DNA of 64,000 nucleotides from NCBI RefSeq assembly GCF_009914755.1, contig NC_060937.1; one strand, 5' to 3'. Source of the stretch: the human T2T-CHM13v2.0 reference genome, Homo sapiens. The position numbers and the translations under genes are program-made. Below the pieces are notes generated by a model. It was given only the letters and a program-made list of their open reading frames with translations, ran no database searches and was not told where the DNA came from. Below are positions 13,626 to 25,330 of this stretch, in pieces. Position 1 is the stretch's first letter; each line of letters begins with the position of its first letter.

Positions 13626-15476
13626 TCCATAGAAGTGCCTAAGGAACCCCCATTCCCACACCGATCTTAAAAGTCATATTAGAAATTGAAATGTGCATTA
13701 ACAATTATATGACAATCAAACTTGAACAATACTTTCATAAAGATCTTAAAAGTGGTAAGTATAAGTAGGATACAATTTAGTGCTGTTAAAGTATGAAAGT
13801 CTTGGGATACCATTTAGCAACTTCTATTCAAATGCATACGTCAAAAGAAACAAAGGGGCTCACCAAATGTCATATATTAAATCAAAATTGGATCTGTCGC
13901 TGACATTGTAAATTTATCATAAATTCATTACATGTTAAGTTGTAGATTTTTTTCTCTAAATATGATTACTGTCTTAATTTTTTCACTGTCACTTTATTTT
14001 CTTTGCTTAGAGTGGGGTTTCCCCCAGTGTGTCTGGAAGTGTCTATAAACATAATATAGGCACAATGGCTGATGAAAAAGTAAAAAGCAGGAAAGGAAAC
14101 ATTTTTTCAATTGTATATCATTCGTTGGCAGTACACTGTTTTGGACTTTTTGGTCATTAAGAGGCAACAAGCTAACTATCTAAAATGAGTGATGTGGTTG
14201 GGAGTGGTTATCTTATAAAAGGGACATGTAAGCCTGGGTAAAAAGTTTTGGTGGAAGCAACAAGGACTTTGAAGTCATAAATCTCGATTCAATGCCAGAA
14301 ACCCAGAAACCCCATTAACTAGTAGTGTGACTGTGAGAAAGTTAATCAGTCATTCTGATCTTAGGTGATCTTGCCTTTAAATTAGAATACACAGGAAAGG
14401 CTCAATACATTTCAGTTCCCAATCCACCTAACTATTTTAATGAGTAAATACTTCCACTTACTATTAATATACCTGTCTAAATGAAAGAAAATGTATTACT
14501 AGGAAATTCATTGAGTGACAGCATATTTGATTTAAGAAAAAAAAAAGCTTGCTCAAAGATGTAAATTCCCATCATAAGAATGACATGAAATATGATTCTT
14601 TGGAGCTGTAAGTTAACAAAACAAATAACAACAACAATAATAATATATTGTAAAAGAGTAAGAAGGGAATAATTTAACAATCCTAATCTAAAAGCAACCA
14701 GGAAGAACAAGATGTGGAAAGCAACTGGACTTACAGTCCTAGCTCCAATAAACTCTTAGTGTGACTTTTAACAAGTCATCCAACCTCACTAAGCCCCCTC
14801 TTTTGCACAATAAGGAGATTTATTTTATCTTAAAGTCCTTTCCCAATGTTAAAGCAGTTACATAAAAGTGTGCTTGGCATATCATCAACGTTGAATAAAT
14901 ATTTGTTGAAAAACTGAATAATTTTAAAATTCAGCATGTATCTTCAAATGTTTAGCAAACAGAAAGAAGATATTTTTACATTAGAAAAAAGATTTTTAAT
15001 GTGAAGGCAAGTCTTTTATGTCTTTTTATTGGAAGAATATTTGGTTTTCTATGATCTAAGATCAGTCAAAAAAGAAGAAAAAGCCAAACAGTTTTGATTA
15101 TGGTCATTGGATGTAAATAAAAGAGTTGTACTTTCAAGTGAAGTCAAGATTTTGCAAGCACAACTTGCAGATAGTCTAAGATGTCAGAGGAACTGTGGTC
15201 TATATCGCCATTGGTTTTAACAATTATTTTTCTTGGTTTTAAAAAACTTGTTTTTACTTAAAAAGTGAAAGCAAAAAACTACTAGTTTGAAAATGAACTT
15301 TTTGTTATTGTGGTAAGTGAAATATCAATTTAAAATGGAAAATTGGATCTAAGTATTTATAGAATCCAAATCTTACGTCAAATGTGAAAAGAAGAAAATA
15401 AAGTTAAAAATGCAAACGAAGAATAAACACATCCTGTTAATTCAGCTATTGCATATAAACATTAATTCTGGGTTTC

Positions 15477-15805
15477 CTTCTTTCTGTTTTTTCTTTTTTT
15501 TTTTTGAGACAGAGTCTCGCACTGTTGCCCGGGCTGGAGTGCAGTGGTGCAACTTCGGCTCACTGCAACCTCTGCCTCAAAGGTTCAAGTGATTCTCCTG
15601 CCTCAGCCTGATTCTCCTGCCTCAGCCTCCCGAGTAGCTGGCATTACAGACACTTGCCACCATGCCCGGCCCATTTCTTACATTTTTAGTGGAGATGGGG
15701 TTTCACTATGTTGGCCAGGCTGGTCTCAAACTCCTGACCTTGGGATCCGCCCTACTCAGCCTCCCAAAGTGCTGGGATTACAGTTGTAAGCCACCGCACC
15801 CGGTC
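15477..15805 (-). mobile_element. Alu, AluS (Sg-like), with 14-bp TSD and internal 19-bp duplication
   Basis: Reverse Alu; TSD taattctgggtttc at 15463-15476 and 15806-15819. Confidence 0.95.
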
Positions 15806-15935
15806 TAATTCTGGGTTTCTTAGGTCATCCATTTTTCCCTCTCATCAGTCTCTTCAACCAAAGTCTGAGAAATGTCAGAACATTAAGGATCTTCATATCC
15901 ACAAGATCTAACATAGGTCCTAATTCCTCGATGGC

Positions 15936-16625
15936 TGATTCATTCCTTCAGGGAATAGCAGGCACCACTATGTGCCAGATACTCTCTCAGACAATAGGAA
16001 CATGGCAGTGAACAAAACATGCATGGTTTATGCTCTGCCCCAGCTACCATAGAGATAAGAAGAAGGCATTGAACAAGGAACTGCATGTACAGATGTTCCT
16101 ATGGAGAAATGGAAGGTGTAGTAAGAACCTCTAAGAGGCAGAACTAGTCCCAGGGGGCAGGGAGTTGCCACAGCGGGAGAGTGAGGGGTCTGGGAAGTGT
16201 TCCTTGAGGTAATATTTCCAAGCTGGGACTTAAGGGGTGGTTAAGTAAAGGCAAGGAAGAAGAAAAAATGTCTCCAATAGGTGGGGAAAGAAGTGAAACA
16301 ACAACAAAAACTTCCAGTATGATGGGAGCACAGAGATTGGAGGGAAAGAGTCGTGACTGGGCATAGAGGATGAGGGAGTGAGGGAGGGAAATGTCACGCT
16401 CCACTCTGCCCTCATTACATATTAACGACAATATTGGACTAGATGGATTAGGGTGCCATAGGGAAGGAACACTGGAGAAAGGCAGGCTTGGGGAGAGGGG
16501 AGAGGATACATACCGTTTTGTGCACTGAACTTTTGGGTCTCTGTGAGTCGACCAAATAAAAAGTTGGATATTATTATCTGGAGCTCTTAAGAGATGTCTG
16601 AGTGGATTGGAAAAATGTCTATAAA
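15936..16625 (-). mobile_element. L2 fragment (3' region), probably resuming after the adjacent Alu
   Basis: attcattccttca...caccactatgtgccagatact...gcagtgaacaaaaca matches the reverse L2 3' end, followed by purine-rich L2-like body. Confidence 0.65.
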
Positions 16626-16641
16626 TTTTCTAAATATGTAA

Positions 16642-16962
<321 letters not shown>

Positions 16963-19900
16963 GAAACTATGAAAGTAGATGCTGTTGCCTAAGGAGAAGG
17001 AATAAAATAAGATGACGACTTAGCTGAAGAAAGCCATCATGTTATAGATTTGGCTACATAAAATGTACGCGTATGTGCATATATATGTGTAGGGGCCAGA
17101 GGGGTTTTGAGGGATATTTACTGACTGGCCCAAAACACTGCTCGATGATTGTTTTTATGAACTCTGTCTACTTTATAGATTCAAAAGATCTTAGAGAAAT
17201 TCTTGAGTAGGGTAAATTTTTCAAAGTCCAACACAAATCATGCCATATAAATCTGTGTGACATAAGGCATAAGACAGTTAATGGCCATATATTTCAGTTC
17301 CTGGAAGAAGTTTTTTTAAAATTTTTGAATGTCTGTTCTGTACTTATAGCATTTTTACAATTCATGAATTCCTAGTTATTTGAAAATCAGCAATAAAGAA
17401 TCTACCCTGCGTACTATGAGCTGATTTACTTCATTAAGAAAATGCAAGTAAATTATTTAGGGCTTCTTTCTTCAGAAATACTTTCTAAACTACTTTCTTG
17501 ATTCCTCTTGTCCACCTCTGTGGTTTTATAGAAATGGTGATACAAAATGCCAATGAGGCAATATTTAGTCTACCCAGAGGTGCATATTTAGGGGTAATTA
17601 CTTAGCACTCAAGCAGTAAGTATTTAAGTGCCCAACTTCTAGGTGACTAACTCTTGGGCCAAGTGTGGCATTTATTTATTGCCAGAAATGTTAAAAATAC
17701 ATGAAAAAATTAAAAAACCTGTGGGCTTATTTTGTCTTTCCCAATAAATTGAGTTTACTTTGGAATAGAAAATAATTTCAGTTATGGTTGGATTTGGAGC
17801 AAGAAATAATACAAAGAATGTCATAACACCTGGGCTTGGGGACAGTTGGAGAGAGAAAGTGATGAGTGTGAGAGGCTGTGTGTGTGTCATTCTTGAATTG
17901 TGAAGCAGCAGGTGCTCATGGCTCCCAAAAGGCATGACATAGACCGTTTCACAAATTAGTAATGAGTTCTGGTTCTTTCTTTTTTGCCTTTCCCTTTCTT
18001 GTCCTTAGACAACATTTAACTAAATACAGTATTCTTTCTTTGATTGCTTTTGTTCACAGTTAATTGTATTCTGTTTGTTAGCTTCCAAATGTATGAATTT
18101 TGTCTGAGGTTAGAAAAAAATTTCAAAGGGCTAATAAAGCTTATTGAATAGGGTGTTAGAATAGCAAATATGATCTCTTTGCTCTGTTATGTTAAGAGTC
18201 TTGAAATAGTTTGACTGCTGGTAAAATATCTTTTAGCAACTAACAGCTAGAAACAGATTCATTGACAGTGTTTTTTCTTATTACAATTTGGGAAAAGTCA
18301 TATTATCTGATAAATATAATGAATAGTTAGTATGTTTTATTAAAAAACAACTGTACATTTTGACCAGTACAACAATGGACAGGCTGAATGAATGAATAAA
18401 GTGAGTGAGGATTTTCTATTACAATTAAAGGCAAAAATAATTCCATAAAATGTGTATATGGTTTTAAATTACTATGTATAATTGTTGTACAAATGTTTTG
18501 TTTCCCTAACCATTAAGTTGTTGGTGCATAGGTTTACTGTATTCCTCCACTGGTAAGATTCTGGATACTAAAAGGAAAGCAATTTGTGATTAAAACTTTT
18601 CTTCAGAATAAGTCAGTCACAACAATGGAAACTGAAAGTTGTCAACATTTCAGCCTCATACAGCAAGACTTTACCTATATTAAAATGTATGTTTGAACAT
18701 ATGTAAATTTGACAAATTCAAACAAAAATAACCATAGCCTTATTAACAACCAACATGTTGTTATGGGTGGCATACATATTATATCATCAACCATACAAAA
18801 ATGTTTAATCACTTCTTAATATTAACAACGAATCTCTCATTTATATGCAGGACGATATTGTTTCAATTTTTTCTAGATTGACTTCTGACCACCTTGAGGA
18901 TTCTGTGTATATCAGATGATTTATATGTCACACTTATCTATGGGCTCATGTGCTTTCTGAGACCACTTTGACATTATCTAATGCGTGAATAGCCCCTGCA
19001 TGTACACATTGGTGCTGATATTTGCATTTGTCTTGTTGGTGCTATTGTCCCTGATAAAGAGGACTGGTTTTTTCATTAACAGTAATTTTGAACATGTGTA
19101 TGTAAGTTTTATAAGATGCAAGAGGATTCTTTTAATTGTCATGACCATATACATACAAACACATACACAATATAATTGTGCTGAAATCCATAGTACTCTA
19201 AAAATTCAGATCTTTTTCTATATCTACAATAGCATTAATCTTGTATATCCAAGATGTCTCATAATAACATATGATTCAAACCTTAGGATTTACAAATTAA
19301 TTAGAATGGCCTCAGGTAAAATAAATATAGGCAAAAAAAATCCATTCTTTCCTCAAAAATGTTTCTTCAAGTTTGTGATTGTTACTTCTTGCACATATGA
19401 TAGTTTACAAAAGTATATTTCCTTTACACTAAGCCAAGAATGACATATTTGGAGCTGATTAAGTAACACAATTAACGTCATATGATATCCTAAAAATGAT
19501 TGAGTTTAAAATGCAGAATAAAAGCAATTGGGAGGATTATGGCAGTTAATCATTTTAGGCATCCCTTTGAAGAATCACCTTCATTTTAAATAGAAAACAA
19601 ATGCTCTTGTTACTGTTTAGTATTCATGTTGTTAGGTTGAATTTGTCGTCTGGAATAGATGTTTGCCTATAAATGCTACCTTCTGGTTTTATTCTTTTCT
19701 AATAGTACGATCATGACAATATACATATTTAGCTCTTCTGAGCATTTAATACAACTCCCTTTGGTATGCTATATATGATTTTACTCAGCAGATTTGTGTT
19801 ATTAAAGTGTATATAATGGCATACAGAACATTTGGAATCCACATAGGAACTAAACAGTCTTATTTATTGTTAACATTCAACTAGTCTATTTTGCAGGTAC

Positions 19901-20318
19901 CTTGCAGTAACTGTCATAAAAATGAGTAGTTAGACATTTTTAAATTGTAAGAACTACCTATTTGATTAACCACATATTTTATTTATGTAGCACAGAACTT
20001 ATAAACCCTTCCTGCATTAGACTGGGCTTCACACATTCAATAAAGCACATTTACTGTGTCCAAGATTAAATCATACATTGTTTAAAATTAATTATTCCTT
20101 TTAATTGCATTGTATAAACAGAGATGACCTGTTAATTTAAAGAAAATCTATCAGCACAAAATGAATTCACTCATATAAACAAGCAAGATGAACTTGACCT
20201 TGTTTGAACTTGTTTTGATGTGGCCCAGATGGTAGGCTACATGCTTGAATAGCAGGCTAAAGCTGAGGAAAAACTCATATAGCAAGATCTAGATTTATAG
20301 CCTTCTGCAAATTCCTAC

Positions 20319-20387
20319 CTTGTATTGTCCTTTCAGCATCTGTTCTGCCGCCACTGCGGTCAGCCTCTATCTCTGGGGTCAGAGAGT
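20319..20387 (-). CDS. DACH1: DACH1 penultimate coding exon (69 bp; phase 1/1)
   Basis: Acceptor ctgtgcttttag|ACTCTC and donor ATACAAG|gtagga. Translates (D)SLTPEIEADRSGGRTDAERTIQ. The known protein has only a short tail after this, whose exon was not found in the window. Confidence 0.95.
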
Positions 20388-20883
20388 CTAAAAGCACAGA
20401 AAGGTAAGAGTGACACATATTTCATTTGATTCCTATTGTCCTTTAAAAAAAAAGAGCAACCTGTTACTTTGGTGCTGAATTAAAATTACGTAAATCTTTG
20501 TCATCTTTTAAAGGTTGAACAAAAACTGTAACCGTAAGAATTTTCGGAAGATTTGAACAGTAAGCAATGCAACATTGTTCATAAAAGAGGATGGGGTTCG
20601 GAAATTCTCAAATTACTATTTTATTGTGCTTCAGTAGAAAAAAATCTGGTTAAGCAGAGAAGTAATGCCAAGTCCCAGATGCTGGAGTTCAGTAAAAAAC
20701 AGTGGAAGCACCTATAAAATAAGGCATTTTCCCCAACACGTTCTTCCCACCCTGCTTTCAGCTTCAAGTATAGCTGAATGAATCACAAGATATAGAAACA
20801 TACAAAACTACAAACACATGCCTAAACTGTCCTTTAAGCATTAAAAATGACAGTTATTCATGCAATAATATACACCCTCTTAC

Positions 20884-21027
20884 CATTTAAGACCCTGAGA
20901 CTATCTGTTGAAGCTGCCTGTTTTAGCGTCTGTTCTGCTTGTTCACGCCGTTTCGTCTCAAACTCAAGTGCTTCCTGCAATTTTCTCTTTGCCTTCTTCT
21001 CCTTCTTTAGCCTCTTTTGAACTATGG
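20884..21027 (-). CDS. DACH1: DACH1 internal coding exon (144 bp; phase 1/1), coiled coil with basic NLS-like stretch
   Basis: Acceptor ctcttttttag|CCATAG and donor TTAAATG|gtaaga. Translates (A)IVQKRLKKEKKAKRKLQEALEFETKRREQAEQTLKQAASTDSLRVLN. Not present in the ORF track on this strand. Confidence 0.97.
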
Positions 21028-22260
21028 CTAAAAAAGAGTGTATGCATATTATTATTATTATTTTTAAATTTTCATAATGCTGCTAATTTCCAAATGGTCT
21101 ATATTTTTTATATTATTCATTTTGTTTTCCTGCTGAACTGAGTCTACCTATAAAAAGAAAGTTCCAAAAATCTCCACCTTTATCTAAAATAATTCCCAGT
21201 AAAATAATAAGAAAGCCAATTTTTATTTTAGCCTAGAACTATTACATTACAAGAATGGCTTTAATTGCCATATGTAAAGATAAATTTAATAGGAAACTAA
21301 TTTTAGTAAATGTTTGTATTCACTGATAAAGGAAGCTTGATTAAATGAATTTTGTGGCTTAGTTCTCTGTCCTTGAATCACAATAGTGCAGAGTCATTTG
21401 GATAGTGCAAACGCTTATAAGCATGCCTCCTTCCTATTTCCTCATAGGGCATCAATTTTGAGCAGCAAATGGAGCATCTCCCCTAAAAACGCTTTGGAAA
21501 GCAATGTTAGACCAACTCAGTTTTTAATAATTTCTTTCTTAAAATTTTAGGAAATGTAATAAATATTTTTTGTACACTAGAAAAAATACTTTTAATTATT
21601 GTTAATGTATAGAACAGAAATGTTTTTGTTTGGATGAAGTTACGATGATTTCCTGAGAATATTTTTCTCACAGCAAATTTACAGTACTATGATATATTTT
21701 AAGAAAATTATTCTACTTTCACTCTGCAGAAATCTGAGGCAGTATGAACCCCCATTGCTAATAATAATATGCTGCTGGTAACAATAATGAGCCTTTTATA
21801 TTTAAAAAAATAGATAATACAAAAAGTTGATTATGAAACATTTTTCTCCAACTGGACAATTTAAATATTTGTATATGATACATACTCGATAAATAATAAC
21901 TACTGTTCTTTACAAAATGTATATCAACTATGTTTTCTGGAGGATAATTGTTTTAACTTTTACTACATATATATGTATACATATGGTAACTACTCAGCAT
22001 ATGGGAATATGCATTTTTCTTTAAAATTATCTTTGTTGATGGTTGATAAACATTGTAGATATCAACGTGACAGACTCAGTATGAGAAAATGCTTCTCTTA
22101 GTCATGAAGACTAATCATTCCATATTTACTGTTTGATTTCTTACTACAGATTAAAGAACAGCAACATTTTTAAAGCAGAATAATCAAATTATAAAATAAT
22201 AACGACTCAAGTATTTTAGTTTTAATTTCTAATTTCCACATAATCCTGTTTTTATTATTA

Positions 22261-22262
22261 TA

Positions 22263-22302
<40 letters not shown>

Positions 22303-22594
22303 TTTTTGAGACGGAGTCTCGCTCTGTTGCCCAGCCCAGGCTGGAGTGCAGTGGCGCGATCTTGGCTCACTGAAAGCTCTGCCTCCCAGGTTCACGCCAT
22401 TCTCCTGCCTCAGCCTCCCAAGTAGCTGGGACTACAGGCACCTGCCACCACGCCCGGCTAATTTTTTGTATTTTTTAGTAGAGGCGCGGTTTCACCTTGT
22501 TAGCCAGGATGGTCTGGATCTCCTGACCTCATGATCCACCCGTCTCGCCCTCCCAAAGTGCTGGGATTACAGGTGTGAGCCACCGTGCCCGGCC
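22261..22594 (-). mobile_element. AluY with (TA)n expansion at the tail and 5-bp internal duplication (gccca)
   Basis: Y-diagnostic aagctc, ggttcacgccattctcc and tagccaggatggtct; TSD tattatta at 22253-22260 and 22595-22602. Confidence 0.95.
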
Positions 22595-23107
22595 TATTAT
22601 TAATATTTTTAAGATGGAAGCTAATTTACATGTCAGGTGTATTGTTGCTGTATCATATATTTTTAAAAACCTGTTTGTATCAAAATGTACACTGGCTATG
22701 GTGTTATACGAAAAGAAATTGAAACTGATTTTAAACGTTAATTTCCCTTATTTAATGGTGTGCAAATCATGTGCTTACCTTAACAAAATTACCTGCCTAC
22801 TGTTTCCCTTTCCAAAAATGATTATTTATGAGTCTCTTTGTAAAGAAACAGTAATTTCTGAAATATTTATTTGGATTGTACACTCTTGTGGCTCTAAAGG
22901 CTTAATACCCTGCACTTTGCCATTGACCGCTCACAGTTTCCTCCTACATGATTGAACCAAATGGGATCGTCATGTTCTCTCTCTTCAGGGTGATACACTG
23001 CTTCAATAGGCACATTCATAATAGATAAGTATTGATAGTTATTGCCTTGAATTTACTGTTCGTAATTAATTAAATGGGAACTTTACGGTGTGATCTGTGA
23101 ATGTTTT

Positions 23108-23119
23108 GCCCTCTAGTGG
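23108..23119 (-). promoter_or_regulatory. Candidate CTCF binding site (core motif)
   Basis: Minus strand reads CCACTAGAGGGC(A), a close match to the CTCF core, in non-repeat DNA. Motif evidence only. Confidence 0.5.
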
Positions 23120-24342
23120 TTAACGAAAGAAAACAGAATGTAAATCCTCCCAAAAGGTTTGAACCAATAAAATTCTGAAGGTCTCTCCAGTAACCAAAGG
23201 GTTACTTTAGGAATCCCCGGGCCTGCTTTTAAGTTCTGTAAAAAAGGACTAAACAAAATTAAGTGAGAACAAAATAAAAACATGGCTGTCTCATGGAAGC
23301 TGGTTCCATAGATTGAGTTCTTTGACCCAACTTATTTATTCACTTGGAATACAGCCATTATCAATGTTTACCTTGTTTTGATTATTTAAATACCTGAATC
23401 TATGTGAAGCCACATTATTTAGAACTGTGCTATACATCTGAGATGACAGTGTCCCAAAATGACCAACTTCCAGGAATACACTAACTGTTGCTTCGTAATA
23501 GCTAATAAAACAACCTGGTAAATCCTGCTAGTTTAAAGACAAAATAGAAACAACTATTTTTAAATGACCATTTCAAACATATAAAGGAAAATAATGTGGA
23601 GCATTTATATTGGATATATATTAAATGCATAGTTGAAGCAAAGAGGCAGTTGATTGTAGACAAAATAATCTTCAAATTCATACATAAAATAAACATGCAA
23701 ATATAAATGACCTTCAAAATTATCTATAGATGCACCATACAGTGTGACAAAAGAAGCAGTTCACAGATCAATAATATTATTTTATCCAATAAGAATTTAT
23801 ATCAGTTTCTACTCTGTGTACTTGACCTTGTTGGATGAAAATGAGGCCTTCAGAAAGAAAATTATACAAACATTTAACTTTGGTCATTTGTTCAGATATT
23901 CATCCATTTTCAATTTCAGTTGATAAATATCTTAGTAAACCTGCTTCACTTGAATAATCAGTATTTTCTATTTTAGCTTTATGAGTTTAACTCAAGTTTT
24001 TCAAAGGGCAATTGTGAATTAACATAAAATTTTTCTTCATGGCTATCATTAGAGTTTATTCTTATCTTAAAGAACATGAATTTTTAAACTCAACAATCAA
24101 TAAAAGTTATATAATTAATGATGTAATGGATGTATTTCAATTTCCTGAGGTAGGAACAGAAAAGAAAACATGTACTTTGGAGATTAAGAAATACAATGAG
24201 CCTAGGATTCAAATTCTGCTCTGAACTTTAGCTACCGTTAAATTAACAAAAATACTACAATTTCAAAATAAATCACCATCATAGTATTAATATGTTTAAT
24301 ATTTTCTGTAAATATTTAACTTATCTGGAAATTTGGAAATAC

Positions 24343-24490
24343 CTCTATTCTTTTGTTCCATAGCCAACTGCTTCTCAAGTGTTTCCCTTAGTTCTCTTTC
24401 CCTTAAAAAATCCATCTTCAGCTCAGTTTTTTCCAGTTGGACCTGTTTCTCTTGAGCTCTGGCATTATCTATGGCAACTTTCAACAGCCC
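24343..24490 (-). CDS. DACH1: DACH1 internal coding exon (148 bp; phase 0 in, phase 1 out), DACHbox-C coiled coil
   Basis: Acceptor ctttgtacag|GGGCTG and donor AATAGAG|gtattt. Translates GLLKVAIDNARAQEKQVQLEKTELKMDFLRERELRETLEKQLAMEQKNR, in frame with the previous exon. Confidence 0.97.
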
Positions 24491-24715
24491 CTGTACAAAG
24501 AAGATATTCGGAATGGTAATATTTTAATACAAAGCAAATTTCGTTCATTACTTAAAAGCATTTTCAAAGCAAAGAACCCAGTGATCAAATGACCTAATTC
24601 TTTCGCATTCACTCTGCACTCACTAGAACAAATACTATAACTAAAGCATAAAACTCCTAAGTCTAATTAAACTATTTTCGGAAGACAAATATTTATGGCA
24701 TGCAGGTTTAATTGC

Positions 24716-24784
24716 TTCTAATTAGAATATCTAGATCCAAAGCTAAGTAGATATTCTAATTAGAATATCTAGATCCAAAGCTAA
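24716..24784. repeat. 31-bp direct duplication with an embedded 24-bp perfect palindrome
   Basis: ttctaattagaatatctagatccaaagctaa at 24716-24746 and 24754-24784; palindrome tagatattctaattagaatatcta at 24748-24771. Confidence 0.95.
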
Positions 24785-24859
24785 ATAAGGGCAGCACATA
24801 AGCATGTCTAAAAAATAAGAACTGAGAAGGAAATTAGGCTGAAACTCCTCCACAAGTAA

Positions 24860-25330
24860 TTATCTGACATGGTTTATGCAACCTTCCAGGATTCTGGCAG
24901 TGCTCACCTTTCTCCTCAGAGCTCATTCTCCCACTCCCTACCATGAGCACATAGCCACAATGGTCTCCTTTTGGTTCCTCAATGCAACAATTTGTTTCTG
25001 CCCCCACGGACTTTGCTCTTTCTGTTCCCTTCCTGAATGCTTTTCCTCCAGATCTTTGCATGGCTCACACCCTCATTTCATTTCATCTTTGCTCAAAGTC
25101 ACCATTCAAGAGAGGCCATCTCTTACTACCCTATCTCCAAATGTATCTTATTACTCCCTCCCTAAAATTCTTCATAGAATGTATCATTATGTGGTATTGA
25201 CATATATTTATTTGTTTACTGATTTATGTTATGTCTTCTTTATTAAAATGTAAGCTCTCTGGGGCAGAGACATGTTCTCTCATTCAGGACTATGCCCCCA
25301 GGGCCCAGAAAGTGCCTACTATATACTAGA
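24860..25330 (+). mobile_element. L2 (L2a-like) 3' fragment
   Basis: ggactttgctc...gaatgcttttcctccagatct...tcaaagtcacc...agagaggcc...aatgtaagctctctggggcagagac...agtgcct. Confidence 0.8.

Noticed and set aside
18985-19443. 152-aa ORF with a hydrophobic, signal-like N-terminus
   Set aside because: GTG start, AT-rich intronic composition, antisense to DACH1, no recognisable domain or promoter context; consistent with chance.
20908-21141. 77-aa plus-strand ORF resembling a secreted peptide (MKLPVLASVLLVHAVSS)
   Set aside because: It is the antisense shadow of the Lys/Glu-rich DACH1 exon and begins at TTG.
24296-24342. ORF extension GISKFPDKLNIYRKY* beyond the exon
   Set aside because: Read-through past the gtattt donor into intron; no support for a real retained-intron isoform beyond a weak donor.
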